Source of the DNA: an uncultured Leptospirales bacterium
GTDB taxonomy: Bacteria > Spirochaetota > UBA4802 > UBA5368
Assembly (NCBI GenBank): GCA_964624235.1
Contig: CAZUXY010000002.1
Span: forward strand, 35,668-99,667
DNA: 64,000 bases
Reading direction: 5' to 3'
Shown: one piece after another, positions 61,353 to 64,000 of the stretch
How positions within the stretch are numbered: position 1 is the first letter of the stretch
How the letters are laid out: every line of letters starts with the position of its first letter
Translations under genes and position numbers: made by a program
Notes under the pieces: model-generated
The model's database searches: none
Told to the model about the DNA's origin: nothing
Seen by the model: the letters and a program-made list of their open reading frames with translations, nothing else

Positions 61353-62405
61353 ATGGGAATCTTCAGGCCCAATATCGACCGTTTAGTGGAAACAAATGAT
61401 ACACCCGCGTTGATGAAGCTCCTTACACACCGCAAACCCGACATCAGACTGCAGGCGTTCATGGCCCTGGCGAGGAGCAGGGACGAGGCGGTGATTGCTC
61501 AGTTAAAAAATCTGCTCAACGACCGGGACCCTAAGGTGCGTGCGATTGCCACACTGAAGTTCGGAGACCTGGATGAACCGGGAATTATTGAAAATATTCG
61601 CGCCATAATCGTCGCGGGTGCTACAAGGGATCAGATCGAAGCGTTGCGAATCCTGGCGGGAAGGGGCAGAACCGAGGACCTTGAAATATCACGGATTCTC
61701 TACATGGCTCTGAATGATAAGAAACCGCTGGTGAGACTGGAAGCAGTCAAAACCATGGGAGCGCTCAAGGACGGTTATTCGGTTGTCCACCTGCTGGATG
61801 TGCTGGAGGATAAAAGCTACCAGATGAGACAGCAGTCAGCACGTGCCCTGGGGGAGATCGGTGATGATTCCACCATACAGCCTCTTATCGGAGCACTGGT
61901 TGATAACCATCCCGAGGTGCGCAAGGAAGCGCAGGAAGCGCTCAGGAAAATCGGGACCGAAAAAGCGTTAAAGGCCATTACCGATGCTCCTTTTATGCTG
62001 CTGGTAAAAAAGATGACAGAGGGGGAATTCATCCGGCGTGAGACCCTTCGCCAGATCGGTCAGAAGAAAATCCGTGAGGCGGTGCCGTTGCTTAAAAAAG
62101 CATGCCGGGATGAATATAAAAATGTCCGCCTGGAGGCGATCCGTTCGCTCGGCATTCTAAGGGACAAATCGTCGGTGGGGATACTCAGCAAACTGCTTGA
62201 GGATTCTTATCATGATGTACGCCTTGAGACCGTTAAGGCGCTGGAGAGGATTTTTGATCCGCAGGCTCTGGTTGCGCTGGAACGGGCCATGAAAGATCAG
62301 AACCACAATGTACGCGACGAGGCACGAATAGGATACAATTCATTAAAATCCCGCATAGACCGTGCCTCGAAGAATAAAAACAAACCGTCCGGCGAAACCC
62401 CATGA
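61353..62405 (+). CDS. HEAT-repeat (PBS-lyase-like) protein
   Basis: Repeated D....VR..A..ALG units; N-terminal PNIDRL. Confidence 0.9.
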   Translation: MGIFRPNIDRLVETNDTPALMKLLTHRKPDIRLQAFMALARSRDEAVIAQLKNLLNDRDPKVRAIATLKFGDLDEPGIIENIRAIIVAGATRDQIEALRILAGRGRTEDLEISRILYMALNDKKPLVRLEAVKTMGALKDGYSVVHLLDVLEDKSYQMRQQSARALGEIGDDSTIQPLIGALVDNHPEVRKEAQEALRKIGTEKALKAITDAPFMLLVKKMTEGEFIRRETLRQIGQKKIREAVPLLKKACRDEYKNVRLEAIRSLGILRDKSSVGILSKLLEDSYHDVRLETVKALERIFDPQALVALERAMKDQNHNVRDEARIGYNSLKSRIDRASKNKNKPSGETP

Positions 62406-63193
62406 TTTTGGGGTTCAATATAGGAAACAGTAATACGATACTCGGCGTGTACCGGGGGAATGAGTTTATCCCTGCGGTTACCTTCAGTTATCCAACCCAC
62501 AGGCATGAAAAAGTCCCGATGCTTGAAGCCAGGATCCGCGGATTTTTGTCCAGGATTGAAGATGATAACTTTGATGACCAGGCAATCAGGGGTTTGGCGT
62601 TTTCAAGCGTAGTCCCTGAGCTGAATTCCCATTATCTGGCGCTCGGGAAGTTACTGGAATCGCGAAATGTACTTCAGATAGGTCCTCATTGCCTTCTCGG
62701 TATCACCATAAATTATGATACTCCTGAAAATCTTGGTGTGGACCGCATTGTCAATGCGGAAGCCGCCTATCATGAATACCGGAGGGACAGCATTATCATA
62801 GACGCGGGGACGGCAGTCACTTTCTGCGTGCTCCACGGTGACGGGACCTATGATGGAGGTATAATCAGCCCGGGAGCGGGAATAAGCGGTGAGGCTCTGG
62901 CCAGGGAAACATCCCAGCTGGGCAGGGTCCCCCTGCAAAAACCCCCCTCTCTGGTGGCTAGAAACACGGTTGATGCCCTGAAATCAGGGTTGTTTTACGG
63001 ATGGGTTGAAATGATTGATGGAATCTGCACTAGTATTGAACAATGGTATAATAAACCTTTTTTCAGGATATTGACCGGCGGATATGCTGAAATTCTGGGC
63101 GAGGAACTCAGATTACGAAAGGAAACTCAAATAGATACACTGCTGACCATGAAGGGAATAATGAGGATTTATTCTCTCAATTACCCATCATGA
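62402..63193 (+). CDS. coaX: Type III pantothenate kinase
   Basis: IGNSNT, SSVVP, LGVDR, IDAGTA, GGIISPG, ILTGG; ATGA overlap with the HEAT gene. Confidence 0.92.
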   Translation: MILGFNIGNSNTILGVYRGNEFIPAVTFSYPTHRHEKVPMLEARIRGFLSRIEDDNFDDQAIRGLAFSSVVPELNSHYLALGKLLESRNVLQIGPHCLLGITINYDTPENLGVDRIVNAEAAYHEYRRDSIIIDAGTAVTFCVLHGDGTYDGGIISPGAGISGEALARETSQLGRVPLQKPPSLVARNTVDALKSGLFYGWVEMIDGICTSIEQWYNKPFFRILTGGYAEILGEELRLRKETQIDTLLTMKGIMRIYSLNYPS

Positions 63194-63199
63194 ATTAAT

Positions 63200-64000
63200 T
63201 TTAATGCTCATTAATCAGTATTATGTTTAAAGATAACTGATCCTACCACTAAATCAAGCTTAATATACACGGCAGATCTTGCTCATAGGCACAACCATTT
63301 GGGTTTTCATTAAAATATAACATTTTATATTTTTTAAATAGTTATTAGAGCATTTTTTCGCGATCATCTTTACTTATTAACAAAGTTATCCACATTATCC
63401 ACAATTGTTCAAACTCATTACATTAATTTACTAAATTAATTTCTGATCTTTTTATAATGGTCGGGCAGTTCTTTCGTAAAAGACATAATTATGGTTTTAT
63501 CGTGCAGACATTGTGTTGAAAACCTCTGAATTTTTCAGGCAATTCAGATCAATAAAAAAAATGTGAAATCATAAAAAAATTTTTTCCGGCTTTTAAGAGA
63601 TTCTGTATAGCATCATCCATACTGAACGGATATTTGTCAATGGAACTTGTAGTGTTGATAAGTTGTAAGAATAATAACAAGTAGTCATATTTTAGTAAAT
63701 GTTATAAGGATATAAATAAGATGTTTTTGTTTACATAATGTCCGGATGAACCGTTAAAAACCGACATTTAACGCGTTATCTGTTTCCTGTACGCGGAATT
63801 TACCTGTTATCAGTTTTGGCATTCGCTGTATAATAGTGTTTTGATGGTTGTGTATGCGGCATAGGGGATATTTCATGATATTTTTTACGAAGCGGCATAT
63901 TGGTACAGGTGTTCTGCCTTAAAATGGTTATTTCAGTATCTTCGTGCACCAATAAGTTGATCCGATCCTTTGTTGATAAAAAATATTGTATTGCCTGTAT
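63200..64000. other. Probable replication origin (oriC) or dnaA upstream region
   Basis: About 800 nt of AT-rich non-coding DNA with tandem perfect DnaA boxes TTATCCACA at 63386-63394 and 63395-63403, plus one-mismatch boxes at 63374-63382, 63514-63522, 63653-63661 and 63971-63979. Confidence 0.7.

Noticed and set aside
1-64000. CRISPR arrays, IS elements, prophage or defence genes
   Set aside because: No regularly spaced repeats and no transposase, integrase or phage structural motifs were seen; XPB, HDAC and WYL genes are not in a defence-island context.

Overview
A 64 kb chromosomal segment that looks like a spirochaete: two FlaB-type flagellins, FliM, and several genes of Leptospira-like character. 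A Leptospirae-related, probably anaerobic lineage is inferred from the CoA-activase ATPase, bacterioferritin and Sec machinery. No transposase, integrase, prophage, rRNA or CRISPR array was seen. Left to right: a 5'-truncated 2-hydroxyacyl-CoA dehydratase activator-type ATPase, an acyl-CoA ligase, a coupled operon (AsmA-like protein, DUF1318/YdbL lipoprotein, 2,612-aa TolB/TPR/degenerate-CHAT lipoprotein), two PP2C phosphatases and SixA, an oxidoreductase/sulfatase-fold/GH2 operon, fliM, a degenerate M23 protein, two flaB genes with sigma-28 promoters and CsrA-type hairpins, two paralogous outer-membrane barrels, a sigma-28-driven small gene, XPB, an HDAC, CapA, a three-gene LTD/PorV-like-HhH/barrel operon, a thiolase, selD with an in-frame UGA and SECIS, bfr, a WYL module, selC-selA-selB, a HEAT-repeat gene, coaX, and an AT-rich DnaA-box cluster (likely oriC) at the right edge. 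The best candidate for an undescribed system is the LTD-CTD / PorV-like-barrel-HhH / barrel operon at 45212-49145. Family assignments come from motif recognition by eye, not database searches.
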